DNA of 63,800 nucleotides, filler included, from an uncultured bacterium (GTDB lineage: Bacteria > Auribacterota > CAZIXI01): the NCBI GenBank assembly GCA_964543115.1. It is 3 parts of 3 records of this genome, joined end to end, with 100 filler letters (N's around TTAATTAATTAA, not from the genome) between each part and the next. Parts side by side here need not be neighbours in the genome. Positions count along the whole stretch, not along the records: positions 1 to 22,437 come from CAZIXI010000025.1; positions 22,538 to 44,381 come from CAZIXI010000026.1; 1 more part is not named here. One strand, 5' to 3'. The notes beneath the pieces are model-generated. The model worked only from the letters and a program-made list of their open reading frames with translations, was not told the origin of the DNA and did no database searches. Shown one piece after another: positions 21,901 through 34,200 of the stretch. Position numbers and translations under genes: made by a program. Positions within the stretch are counted from its first letter, which is position 1. Each line of letters begins with the position of its first letter.

Positions 21901-22437
21901 AGTTGCCGTAGTTGACGGAGTATTTCCCGGCTTTAAAGAGTTTGTGCATGTTTGGCAGAACTGTACGGATATAGGAATAGATGAAGATACGGTAACTATT
22001 GGCGGATTTACTATGCCGCGTTACGCGGAAACAGAAAACGTACCGGAATCCGATGAAATGTTTTTTAGGAATGTTAAGACGCAGGTCGGCGCGCTCAAGG
22101 CATTAGCAATAAGTTTAGCGGCAGGAGAAAATGCTATGCTGATCTCAGAGCAGGGCAGTATGCCGATGGAATTAGTAAAACAATATTCTTATCTTACCGG
22201 AACCCCTTTATATGTATTTGACGGGAGTCCGTATTCCAGTTCAATAGAATTACTGGGCGGTGAAATGATCTCGTTTGATTCGTTTGATAAGACCGGAAAT
22301 GCCCGCGGTGAAGCATTAGAGACTATACTGGGTTTTATCGGCTCTCATCTGGTTAAACAGGGTGATCACTATACAGGGCCTCGCAAGATCCTCTATTTAT
22401 CCGGATTAAGTGTCCTTGCGGATGAAGAGCTTGAGAT
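12988..22437 (+). CDS. Giant exported protein (3'-partial, >3,100 aa): metzincin zinc-protease motif, HEAT/ARM-like helical region, at least 5 tandem midasin/dynein-related AAA+ modules
   Basis: Track ORFs 12988-19713 and 19346-22489 are two sides of a 49-N gap (19647-19695), with AAA modules continuing across it. Signal peptide MQWIYKAIVNLLVLSLFCQNAAWA. HEVGHAMGYSH at 13966-13998. Walker A GISGEGKT (19192) and GHPGVGKT (21059). Walker B-like LVLDN, INFSE, FCFDE. Midasin-like FRMFVTFNP...GRNEFS. Truncated by the contig end. Confidence 0.8.
19647..19695. other. Intra-scaffold assembly gap (49 N)
   Basis: Run of N inside the AAA gene. The frame changes from 1 to 2 across it, consistent with an inexact gap size. 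Confidence 0.95.
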
Positions 22438-22537
22438 NNNNNNNNNNNNNNNNNNNNNNNNNNNNNNNNNNNNNNNNNNNNTTAATTAATTAANNNNNNN
22501 NNNNNNNNNNNNNNNNNNNNNNNNNNNNNNNNNNNNN
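22438..22537. other. Artificial contig-join linker
   Basis: 44 N + TTAATTAATTAA (stop in all six frames) + 44 N; ORFs on both sides run into it. Confidence 0.95.
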
Positions 22538-25500
22538 CCGGATACCTCGGATCCTCCGGATACTCCGGTCTGGTTAATTCTTCCTTTACCGGCATACCGG
22601 CAGCATCCGTTTCAATTACTATCTCTACCCTTGGCTTAATTCTCATACTTTTGTCTTTCCGCTTAATAACACTAAAAGTAGAAACCTTAGTGGCATGATC
22701 AGTATCCTTAATAAATCCACTGCGTACTGTATAACTTTGAATATCTACAACTTCCTTATCCTTAGGCTTCTTCTCAACATCCTCTGTCTTAACATCCTCT
22801 GCCTTAACGTGCTCTGTCTTAATGGTCAACACCTTTTGGTTATGCTCGTTCCAGTACTCAACTATTCCCTTTACTCTTAAATCATTGGGATTTTTCACTT
22901 CCACCTTACGGAATTTTTGATGTACATCCAGACCTCTGGCTCTGATCTCTGCTATGATCCTCGCCGCAGTCACCTCAGACCTAATATCTACCCAGCCGGC
23001 ATCGGTACTGATAATATCCTCAGCCCCGTGTTGTTTTACAGTTGTGGTTGTTGCTACTCTCTGATATGCATCAGCATACTCATACAGCACGGTCTTCTCG
23101 CCCCGTTTTTCCTTGGCTGTGCGATAAGGTTCGTCTGCTTCAATATACTTGGTGTATCTTGCCCCTACCACAAGATCAGTAACCTTAACCTCCGCCCGCT
23201 CTTTGTCATAGCGGCCAGTAGGCTGATAAATATTTATTGCCTGCCGCTGGCCATTGAATTCCGTAGACCAGGATAAGGGCATTAAACCGTGTCTAAGCAC
23301 ACTGCGTCCAGATAAATATTTACGCAGCACCCATCTACTCTGAATATCATCCTTTACCCGGTATTCAATATAGGATTCAGATTCTAATTTAGAATCAATT
23401 TTAACCTCTATTAATTCGCGTCCGGCCAAGGCAGTCAAAAGTTCACGGCCGGCAAAAGTGTCCGTATAATCCCGCAAAACCTCAGCCGGCAAATAAGCCA
23501 CTGGTTCATTATCTTGAGAGGTAATTTCTTCCTTACTAAATTCTCTACCTGCCTCTCTACCTTTTAATGCCTGTTTGCGGCTGCCGATTACCTCAAAACT
23601 GTCATTATATTCCAGCGTACTCAAAAACTGTTCTTTTCTATCCAGCAAATAACGCACAAGCCCTAAAGGATTGCGCTCCACAAATTCATAATAATAGCTG
23701 CCCTTAGCGGCAACCGGAAACACCTTAATCTTTTCATAGAGCTGGCCCATAAATTCTTCCGGACCTTCATCCACCCAATCAGCAATTTTGCGGCCATCCC
23801 AGTCATATCGTGCACCCCTTAACATCCCGTTAGAATTAAAATCAGGAATACCGGCAATAATCTGTTTATTTGGTAAGACCGTTATCAGCGGCCGGGCAAA
23901 AACATCATCCTTTAATTTATAAACAACAACCCTGCCCTGTGGAGACTCCCAATAATCCTTTTCCAGCACGGCATCCAGCGGCAGATTCAGGCCATGAAAT
24001 ACCTCCCGCACAACAGCCAGGGGCACTGACCCTTCTGCCCAGAATTCACTAAGAGTGGTGTAACCCTGATTATGTATTCTTCTTAGTCTGTTACCGGCAG
24101 CCGGCAAACCGCGGTAAAGATCAACATATTCAATAAACGGACTACCGGCAAAATAATGATATACGCCGCTGAATTCTCCGCTTTTATCCTTCTCCCAAAC
24201 CTTACGGCCGTAACGGTCACCCTTAAGATAATATTCATAACCATTAAGCTGCCACTGTGCGTTTTCCCTGGCATACCGGGCTACTTCACTATTGCCCTCT
24301 CTATCAATATCACCTGTTGCCTTAAACCACAATATCGGTTTGCCATTTTTACCTAGGTGTACACTTACTACCGAGGTTTCAATACCTGGCTGAAATCCAA
24401 TTGCCAGCGCCATTTCACCGGAAGGCAGCATTGTGACAATCACTTTACCTGTTCTATCCTTGTATCTGACCGGCAAACGATAACTAGCAGCGGGTTTTGG
24501 CAAATCAGCGGGAATCCGCTCACTTACCAGGTAGCCCTTTAGCTCAGTAGCCTGATCAATACCCAGATCCATTAAACTATCAACCTGTTGCTGTTGCAGA
24601 TATTGCTGTATCTCCGCGGGCATATCCGCCAATATCAACTCAGGATTAAGCCCAAGTATCATCTCTAGTTGTTTTTCCTCTTCTGGCATTGACGCTTCCC
24701 GGCTGCGCCGATGAACTTCTGTATCCAGACCTTCATAAGTTGTTATCCCAGCCGGTGTTTCTGACCTGCCTTCATATTCATATTTATCGATTACCTCACC
24801 GGTTTCAGTTCCGACTACCCGACCCTGCTCATCAAAGGCACGTTTCATCGTCCGGCTAACCTTGCCCTGAACTTTAACGAATAGCGGATTAAGCCATTGC
24901 CGCTGCAGCTCACCATCTTCACCATAAATAGATTCTCCCTCTTTCATCGCCGTACCAGCCACCGTATAGGCATAAACACCCCGCGCTCCCGGCTCATAAT
25001 AGGTAATGGTTTCTTCTGCCTGTCCGTCAACTATTGTAACTGTGGATGTAGAAATGATATCACCGGTCTTTAGATTAATGGTAATCGTCTGATTTACATC
25101 ACGTATCTCCAAACCAAACTGCCAACTATAGGCCTTGATGGTAATATTCCCGTTTGGCGTAACTTCATGCTTATTGTGCCGCAAATCATGAATAACCTTA
25201 GCCATGGACATATAGAGATTAACGGTATCGGTCCAGAACTTTCCTTCCGGCAGCAACGGAAACTCCGGCTGTACCTGCATAAACTGCGGCCCTACCCGCA
25301 GTTCCGGATGCAGTTTATGAAACTGCTGCAGAGTAGCGGCAATCTGAAAATATTCCCGTAATTGCGCAAAACTCTCAAAGAATTTACCATCACCAATCCC
25401 GATCATCGTGGCATACATAAAGGCAATCTGTTGATTAATATCCTGGTGCGGATTAAGATGATGCCTATCGCGGGTATAGCGGGTATCAGTAACCAGCTGG

Positions 25501-28286
25501 GCCGCGGGCTGCATCAGTTTTTGGAAGTTCTCATCCCGCAACACCAGAGCAGCATTTTTAATCAGGTTATCCAAATACCAGATAATCGCCTCTTCCGTAT
25601 CATATTTATCGACAATACCAAATAAATCCATAATCACTCTGGTATGAACAGGTTTCAATTTAGCACCTTTTGCTGAATGTTTATAATAGGTAAGCTCATA
25701 TAATGATTCCCCCCCGTTTTTCACAACCTTGAAATAGTAATTTTCCGTCAGATGCCGCACAACTAAGCCAACCCTTTTCAGATAGGCCTCAATATCCACG
25801 CGGAATAGTTTTTTATGTTCCTGTAATTCTCTATAATCCGCCTTTTNNNNNNNNNNTAATGATTCTGCGGCAATATGATCAGGCACATAACCCGTACCAA
25901 TCCAATTAACGGTGGCACCCAGCAAAAACCCAATCAAATAAGCATACTCATCCTCTGCCAATCCGGTTTTGTTATAATCCCAATACGTCTTAAAAGCAGC
26001 TCCTTTATTAAACAACAAACGATAACTCTGATCTTCAATTAACCGCCGTACTTCACCAATTTCCTCTAGATAGTCCGGAACACTCAGCTTCTGCATCTTC
26101 TCATCTGCTGGGCGGGCATTATATACTTCCAGAGGTTCCCCTGCCGCCTTAGCCGCTACATGTGCTGGCACCAATCCCTCGCCAATCCAATTAACAGCCG
26201 CACCAAACAGAAAACCAAGCAGCCGATTATACTCCTTCTTAGTAAAACCATTCTTTTTATGATCCCAATGGGTTTTGAATTGTTCGCCACGATTGAATAC
26301 AACTCTAAATGATTCTGCCTCCATTATCTGCCTCACTTCTGCTACTTCCTGCAGATAAACATCAACACTCATTTTCTGCATTTTCTCTTCTGTTGGTAAC
26401 TGATTATATTCTTTCTTAGTTCGGCCCGCAGCCTCTGCCGCTACATGCGCCGGCACTCCACCAGTACCGATCCAATTTGCCGCTGTGCCGAAAAGGAAGC
26501 CCATCATTCTACTGTACTCCGTCTGGCTGAGGTCGCTTTTCTTATAATCCCAATAGGTCTTAAACTCCTCACCCTTATTAAATAATTTACGGAAAGGTTC
26601 GCTTTCTATCAACTGACTTACCTCATTTACCTCCTGTAGATAAGCATCAACTTTCATTTTTCTCATCTTTTGATCCGCCGGCAACAACTCATATTCGTCC
26701 ACACTCATCCCCGCTGCTGCTGCGGCAATATGCGCTGGTACTTCACCAACACCAATCCAGTTAACCGCTGTACCGAACAGGAAGCCAATCATCTTACTGT
26801 ATTGCTTCTGANNNNNNNNNNNNNNNNNNNNNNNNNNNNNNNNNNNNNNNNNNNNNNNNNNNNNNNNNNNNNNNNNNNNNNNNNNNNNNNNNNNNNNNNN
26901 NNNNNNNNNNNATTCCGCCACAGTCATTCCCGCCGCTGCTGCAGCCACATGCACCGGTACTTCACCGGTTCCTACCCAGTTAACCGCTGTACCGAACAGG
27001 AAGCCAATCATCTTACTGTATTGCTTCTGACTCAGACCGCTTTCTTCATAATCCCAATAAGTCTTAAACTCTGCTCCCTTATTAAATAGCTTACGGAAAG
27101 CCTCACTCTTTATCAGCTGACTTACCTCAGTTACCTCCTGTAGATAATCACTAACACTCATTTTCTGCATCTTCTGTTCAGCAGGCAACGCCTCATATTC
27201 CGCCACAGTCATTCCCGCCGCTGCTGCAGCCACATGCACCGGTACTTCACCAGCACCAATCCAATTAACAGTAACCCCGAAAAAGAAATTCATTATTTTT
27301 TCCAGCTTCTTCTCATCCTGCCCCAAAACAGTAATAAATTCTTCCCCCTTATTAAATACCTTCTTAAACTCAGCACTATTTTTCAACACTACAATTTCTG
27401 CCAATTCTTCTAAATACTGATCAACACTCATTTGTTTAATCTTTTGCGCCTCCGGCAAAGCCCCATATTCAGCTGCACTGAGGCCCATTACCTCCGCTGC
27501 TGCTTCTGCGGAAACCATACCTGTACCAATCCAATTATGGGCAACGGAAAACAGAAAACTGCCGACATCCTCTACTGTAATTAAGGCAAACATTCCGCCC
27601 GCCGCCACTGCCTGCGCCGGCTGGTCAGGATGAAGATTTGTATAGATAAAACCAAATACCTGCTGAATCAGCCCGCCTTCCCCGCCTTCTTTTTCTAATA
27701 ACTCTAATACCTTCTCCGCATCTGCCACCCAGGCGGCCACCGCATCCGCCGCCGCTTCTTGTTCGTAAAAACCATCATCTTTACCGGTACGCAAACTATC
27801 CTTGGCAATACCGTAGGCAATATCCGTTGCCTCCATCGGCTTGCCCGGCGCAATACTTGTGGATTGAAAAATCTCCATTGCCTCTAACTGATCCGGAATC
27901 GTATCTTCAGCAAAATGCTCACCGTCTCCACCATATAGTTTGGCAATCAATGTTTTATGGTTTCTGATTAAAATACCCATTTCTTCCAGATTCTTCAGGA
28001 AACTAATTACATTGGCCTTAGACTGCTCTATTTCACTCACCTTCCATTCATCATATGGTGTTTCCATTCCCGGCTTCAGCCAGAATAGCTGAAAGAGAAA
28101 ATCACGGGTGGCAGAATCTGTAACCACATTCACATTTAATTTATTTGCCGCCACTTTATCAATATCAGCCAGACCTTTAAGATTTTCCTGAATTATACCC
28201 AGGGCATCAATACCCAAACCCGTCTCAATTAACTCATTAACCGCCTTAACATGCACAACATATTCATCAATCGCCTGCACAATCAA
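22538..28286 (-). CDS. C-terminal segment (3'-partial) of a giant protein: 95-aa tandem repeats followed by YD-like beta-rich modules
   Basis: Open reading frame down to the contig edge at 22538; the track stop at 22482 is the linker. No signal peptide. Overlaps the upstream stop (TTGA) and continues the same helical-repeat style. Confidence 0.85.
25750..27558 (-). repeat. Intragenic tandem repeat, 285 bp / 95 aa, at least 7 units
   Basis: FLFGxxxNWIGxGxVPxHxAAxAAG...QKMSVxxYLxEVxEVxxLI...FNKGxxFKTYWDY recurs with NWIG at ~27530, 27260, 26977, 26757, 26475, 26190, 25905. The 100-N gap at 26812-26911 and 10-N gap at 25847-25856 fall inside it. Confidence 0.95.
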
Positions 28287-31200
28287 TCCTTCATATTACT
28301 AACACTGGCGCCATCCGCCCCGTTGTAATATTTATTCGGACCAATCTTAAAGGCAATATCCGCTAATAACATCAACTTGGCAAAATTCTCCGGCTCTTCA
28401 AAACCCGGCTTACTGGGATCCAACACCGCCGCATCTCCGCCAAAGAAGAGGTCATGTATTTCCGTACGTTTATTTAATTCTTCCATTTCCGCAAGCTCAA
28501 AATTCATTTGAAACATCTTCATTTGCTTGGTCTCACCCTTTTTGCTACTGGTCAGATCCGCCCAATAGAAGGCCAGCTTTAATAACAACTCCCATTTCTT
28601 CTCTTCCAGATTAACCAACAGAGCTAACACCTGTTCTTTTTGCTGATCATAAACACCATCTTCCATATTCTTCATGGCCTGCATGAGATCCTTAACCGTC
28701 ATCGCCCGCATCTGCCCGCTATCCTTATCCCTTACCTGCCAGCGTTTCACCGTAATCAATGAAGCCATTCTATCCAAAAGCGCTATTTTATCACTCTCCG
28801 GATTAGACACATCAATATCAGTAAACATCCGCTGTGAACTACCCATTAGTTCTGTCATTATTTCCACGTGCCGCACACCGTCAAATCCAAAATCCACTCC
28901 GCGTGAGTCTTCTACCTGCTGTTCCTTATTGCGCAGCCAGCCGGCCCAACGCATTAAGGAGCGTTTATCCGGTTCCGTTGTCTGCTGACCGGCAAACAAT
29001 ACCGCTAAGGAATCCTGATACTTGGCGGCCGCCAATAATGCCAATTTACTCTCTGTCAGGTCGCCTCCCTCCAGGGCAGCAACAAAACCATCAATTCCCG
29101 GCATGGCCAGACCACTCATACTACCCGCCTGATCAGCCGGGTCCAGCAGATCCAGATACGGCCGCAATTCCGCGGCATTACGAATACCAGCCTCAATCGG
29201 CGTATCCGGGTGCAGTGAGTGCCAAACACCAAAATAGAGCAGCGGAATCAAATGATCATGATCGGCAAGTGAAAGCACTGTCTCCGTTGTTTCAGCAGCG
29301 GTTGTCTGCCGGCGGCTGACTAATTCCTGCTGGAAGGCTGCCGCTGTCGGAGCATTAGCAGCCAGACTGGTTTTGGTTAACTGCTGTCTTAACGGTGCCC
29401 TGTCTCCCACAGCTATGGAAGAGGCCTGCTGATATTCCGTTAAAGCACCTCTTACTTCACCCATGGCTTTAATTACCTGCTCTACATCCAACTGCGCAAA
29501 CTGACTAAGCACCTGATCACCTGCCTGTTCATATTTAACACCCGCCAGCTGATGCAGTAATTGTGCCTCCGCACTAGCTACCGGATCAGTAAACTGAAAT
29601 CTGTTGTTATCCCCATCATATATATACTGTACAAGCCAGTTCCTTATCTGCACTAAATCACTAAAATATCTGTCCACATCCAGGCCGTCGGCCTTAAACC
29701 GCTGGTATTCAAAAGCGAACTTATAAAGGGCTGCCAAATCACGAGTATCGTCGTTAGTAAGATCTAATCCCTGTTCCGTTCCATGCAGGAATTCTCCTGC
29801 CAGATCTTTCAATCTGATCATATCCAATAACATAGCTTTTCTTTCTTCTATTTTGTATTTACCGCTAAGAACAAAGATCAGTTCCCGTTCCACTACCTGC
29901 AATTCGGCCGGCATCCGCCTGGTTAAGATACTCTCAATATCTTTTCTCGTTAACGTCTTATCGGTAAGTAACTCTAAATACGGTTTTAATTCAATCAGGG
30001 CACTAACGGCATTTACCGCCCAATCGCTTATCCTTAACTCACTGTCTGTCTCCGCCACTGCCTGATCATATTGAGCCATTAACAACAGAAACTTCAAGGT
30101 TTCCAGATCCTCTAAATCAACAGCCTGACCACGATCGCTTTGCCGTAATCCTTCAATATCACTTTGACTGGCTGCTCTCCCCTTACTTAAGACAGCTTCC
30201 CTTTCCCCGGCACTGGCTGTTAAAGAAAGCAGTGTGGACAAGGCCGGCTGGCCAGCCGCCGTTTCTGCCTGGGCAATCCTGGTTAACCGATCAAGCAAAT
30301 TATCCAGGTATTTATCATCAACATCCGGATTAAAGCCAAACATCACCAGGTAGTCTATCATATTAATAGAGGATTGCAGATTCGCAGCAGCCATCCAATT
30401 AGCCGGCATTAAATTTGCCTCTGTTAATTTCAACTCTATCCGGGCAAATCTATCCTGATAGGTATAGGCATCAAATTCCTCTTCCGCAAAATGCGTTAGG
30501 GCCACACTCATCAGCCATTTTGCCAAATACTCCTCCTGACTGACATCTTTACCCGTCAGCTTGCCTATCCACTGGTACAATTTAACAATAAGCAGCTGCA
30601 GCTCTTTCCACTCGTCTTCACTAAGATCAAGTTTCGCCTGACAGGCCATGAATACTTCCACCATAAAAGGATTATCCTTGACAAACCTTAAGGCGGCAAA
30701 TTTGCCCCGTTCCGCTTTATCATAACGCAGTTCCAGCACGGGTTTTAGTTCCGCATATAACCGCAATAACTGTTGGGCATCAATACCCTGTTCTTTCAGC
30801 GTATCTTTAACAATTAACCATTCCGTAACAAAAGCAAAATCTTCTTTGCTGCTCAAATCCAGGCCGCTACCCTTTCTTTTCTCTACTCGGGCACGCAAAT
30901 CAGCAAAATCCTTTACCTGCGCCAAATCAACATCTGATCCCAATTCCCCGGCCTGCAGCGCCTCATCAATCAAGGTAAGGAAACCATCTCCTGCTGCGGT
31001 AATTAATTTAAGGGCATAATCCTTTCCTGCCCGGCGGCCAAAAACATGCAATCCCGCCAGCTGCCGAAGAATGATCATATGCTGGTCATTGTGATGCTCG
31101 AATCTGGCACCTTTACGGCCAAACATGCCTGCTGCTTCCATTTCCGGTTTGAGATCACGCATTGCCTGCAGGTATTCGGTTACCAGTTCCGGCGTTATGC

Positions 31201-34200
31201 CGTCAACTTTCATTATACTGCCGGCAACCGCCCAATAGGCGAGTAAACCTGCAGCCGCCGGTTTACTCTCATCATCTTCAAAACGGAAACTGCTAAACAC
31301 ATCCGGATCAATATCCGTATCGGTAATTTCCATCACCAACGGAAGATATGTATCCAATTTTTCCAAAAACAATTTTATATTATTAAACGAATATTTTTTC
31401 TCAGATATAAGTGCCAGATATTGCAGTATTAATTCATGATTTGCCAGGTAAGCGGCAGGATTGTCTTTGGCTGTTACCGTTGTTCCCTGACGGTTTATTT
31501 TTAATCCGGTTTCACTGTCTGTAATTAATTTACCCAATAGTTGTTTTACCGCCACGTAACGGCGCAGATACTCTACCCCTTCTTTAGCCGGAATAAGCAC
31601 TGCCAGCTCCACAACCAGGGCTGTCTCCAAACTATAGGGATCAACAAGCCTGGCCCGGTCAAATCCGTCAAAAACACGTTCCGCTATTCCAGCACTGACA
31701 ATTTCTGTCATGTGCTTAATCAGCTGCCCTACCTGCTTAAGATTAGAACCGCCATAAGTACAAAGTCCGCCGTAATAGATTAACAAAGTAACATATTGCT
31801 TATCCTGGATATGCGGAATTTTACCGGTAACCGCCCGATATAACTTATCCAGTTCCGGCTTCAGTTCACCAATATCTTCAATTGCGTCTCCCGCCTGCTT
31901 TGGGCTATATTCCTCTGCCACCAACATCCAGTATTCCAGCGCCTCGCGTTCGGATGAAGCCAGCCGTGTCTTACCCGGATGAAGCTGAACAGCTAGAAGC
32001 TTAGCCAGCCCTTGACGGTTAGAAAATCTAGTTTTGATTCTTTCATACTCTTTATCCTTTTCTGCATCACCAGCCATCTGTATCCGCCGTGCCCAGTACT
32101 GCGCCTCATGCACCTTAAAAGGCTGCTTTGTCTGCTTGACTAATTCTCCGATAATTTCCAATTCTTCACGCATAAGATCCGGGTTATATAAGTAATATGC
32201 ATACCAATAGAGCCAAAAACTAGGATCTTTACTCAACCGTTGATAATCCCGCAAAGAAGCAAGATTCTTCACTTTTAGGCCCAGGACTCCCTTTAACAAA
32301 CTGCTTCTATATTTCCGCCAGAGAGTTGAATCTAATTTATGCTCTCCACGGGGAGCATTAGCAATTTCCCTTTCTCTTGCCTCAATATATCTATCAACTT
32401 CCTGCCCTTTACTCAGCTCTGCGCTTACGCGCGCATCCATTTTCTGAAAATATTCTCTTACCTTATCTTCCGCCGTGCGTTGTGCTAAATAGGCTTCCTG
32501 CTGTGCCATTACATGGCCTTTACCGATTACTGCTGCGGTTAATTTACCCTGGCACCATTTACTGAACTCTTCCGCCACCGCCGCATGAAAACCATCCACC
32601 TGTGCCAACACCTTTTCTAACACCGCTAGTTCCGCCGCCATGGCCAGTCGCAGGGTTTCAATCTCAGCTGCCGATGCTTCTCTTAGAGATAAATACCACT
32701 GTAAATGCCCGGCCCGCGCCATTATTCTTTCCTCGGCGGCGACAAAATACCCTTCTAATTCTGTCAAATAGGCATCTGCCAGCTGGCTGATCTGTTCTGC
32801 CGTATAATCCGCTTCCCGTAATTGTGTTTCAAATTCCTGCCATTGACGCTCCACTGCCGTCAGTTTGCCCTGCCAAGACTGCATAATCTCCAGATAGCGG
32901 TCAGTAACCTGTTTGGCCTCCTGTGCTTCTTGTGCCAGTTTACTTAAGCCGGGCAAGTCTTCACGGCCCAGCCAGGATTGTTTACCGTCAAACCGTCCGC
33001 TAATGCGGCTGCGGAAATTAGCAGCGGCCTTTTCTAAGGCTGCGCTGCGTGCCTGTATATCTGCCTGCGGTTTGGCTGCCGGTTGTGTTTTCCCCGTATC
33101 AGTAGTGAGGGCCGCAGTCTGTTCAGCAAAAGTTCCTTGTAGTGTTGGCGTTGCCTTGTTTAAATCACTAACCGCACCCGCATGACCGGAATTCGCCAGA
33201 TAACGGTAGCCAGCAGGAGATTGCCGAAGTTTTCCTTCCGGGCGCAGATGATCAGCCCAGCTGGAAGAAGAATATAATTTGTGGCCCACACCAATGCTTA
33301 CCGTAAAAGTGCCGGTATTAAAAGCCACTTTTACACTTTCCCGGTCCAAACCAGTTAAGGTAGCCTGGCCAGATTGATAGAAATCCAGATAAACATTTAG
33401 CCAGGTCATTTCCGCTGCCGTGGCCTCATTATCCAACCAGGTATTCAAGGCATCAAAATCCAACCGGCACATAAAATCCAAAAATCTTCTCTGCCGCTCG
33501 CCAAATTCAATATTCAGGCCCTGACCCAGCTGTCCATAGGTATCGTCTCCCTCCAGGGCGTATTCTGCTCTCACGCGCACCTTACCAAGTGTTTTCTGCA
33601 ACTCGGCAAATAAGGAATCACCTCCGCCCTGCTGGAAACGGTAACGCAGACGTGTGCGCAACTCTAATCTTTCATTTTCATAGGAAGCGTAAGGAGTAAC
33701 ATATCCGGGTCCGGCCTCCTGTTCCGGATCATAGCCCGCCTCCACGCCAAGAAGAAGATATCTCACCGGTGAATATTCCATTCCGCCATAAACACCATAA
33801 CTGGTTTCCTCTTCTTCCCTGGCCTCGGCATCAGTTTCTTCACTGGGAACAAACTGCTCAACTTCCCGGCGGCGCACACCAACACGTGCGGTTACTGTTC
33901 CCGCACCTGTTTCTACCCGGGCCCTTACCTCTGCCTCCTGACCCTGGGCTGTAACATTAGCAGAAGCATTCATTGATAAACTATCACCAAACTGTTCATC
34001 CCAATCAGCACTGAGCTGCATTCTTTCCCAGGCTGAAGCTTCATCATCCTGGGCCCCGGAAAGTGCAAACACAATCCCTAAGTTTTCATAACCAGGTACC
34101 CGCCCGGAAAGCCGCAGATTCCAACTCACATGGCCTTCATTATCATCATAAAGATCCTCATCAACCATAAAATCCAGATCAAACCACTCATGCGCCAGAT

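Noticed and set aside
22300..22700. Convergent pair or fusion of the AAA giant and the repeat giant
   Set aside because: They are on different contigs joined by the linker; the track stops at 22482-22489 are linker-derived.
25750..27558. CRISPR array or transposon-like repeats
   Set aside because: The period is 285 bp and in frame, units diverge at synonymous positions, there is no repeat-spacer pattern and no cas genes.
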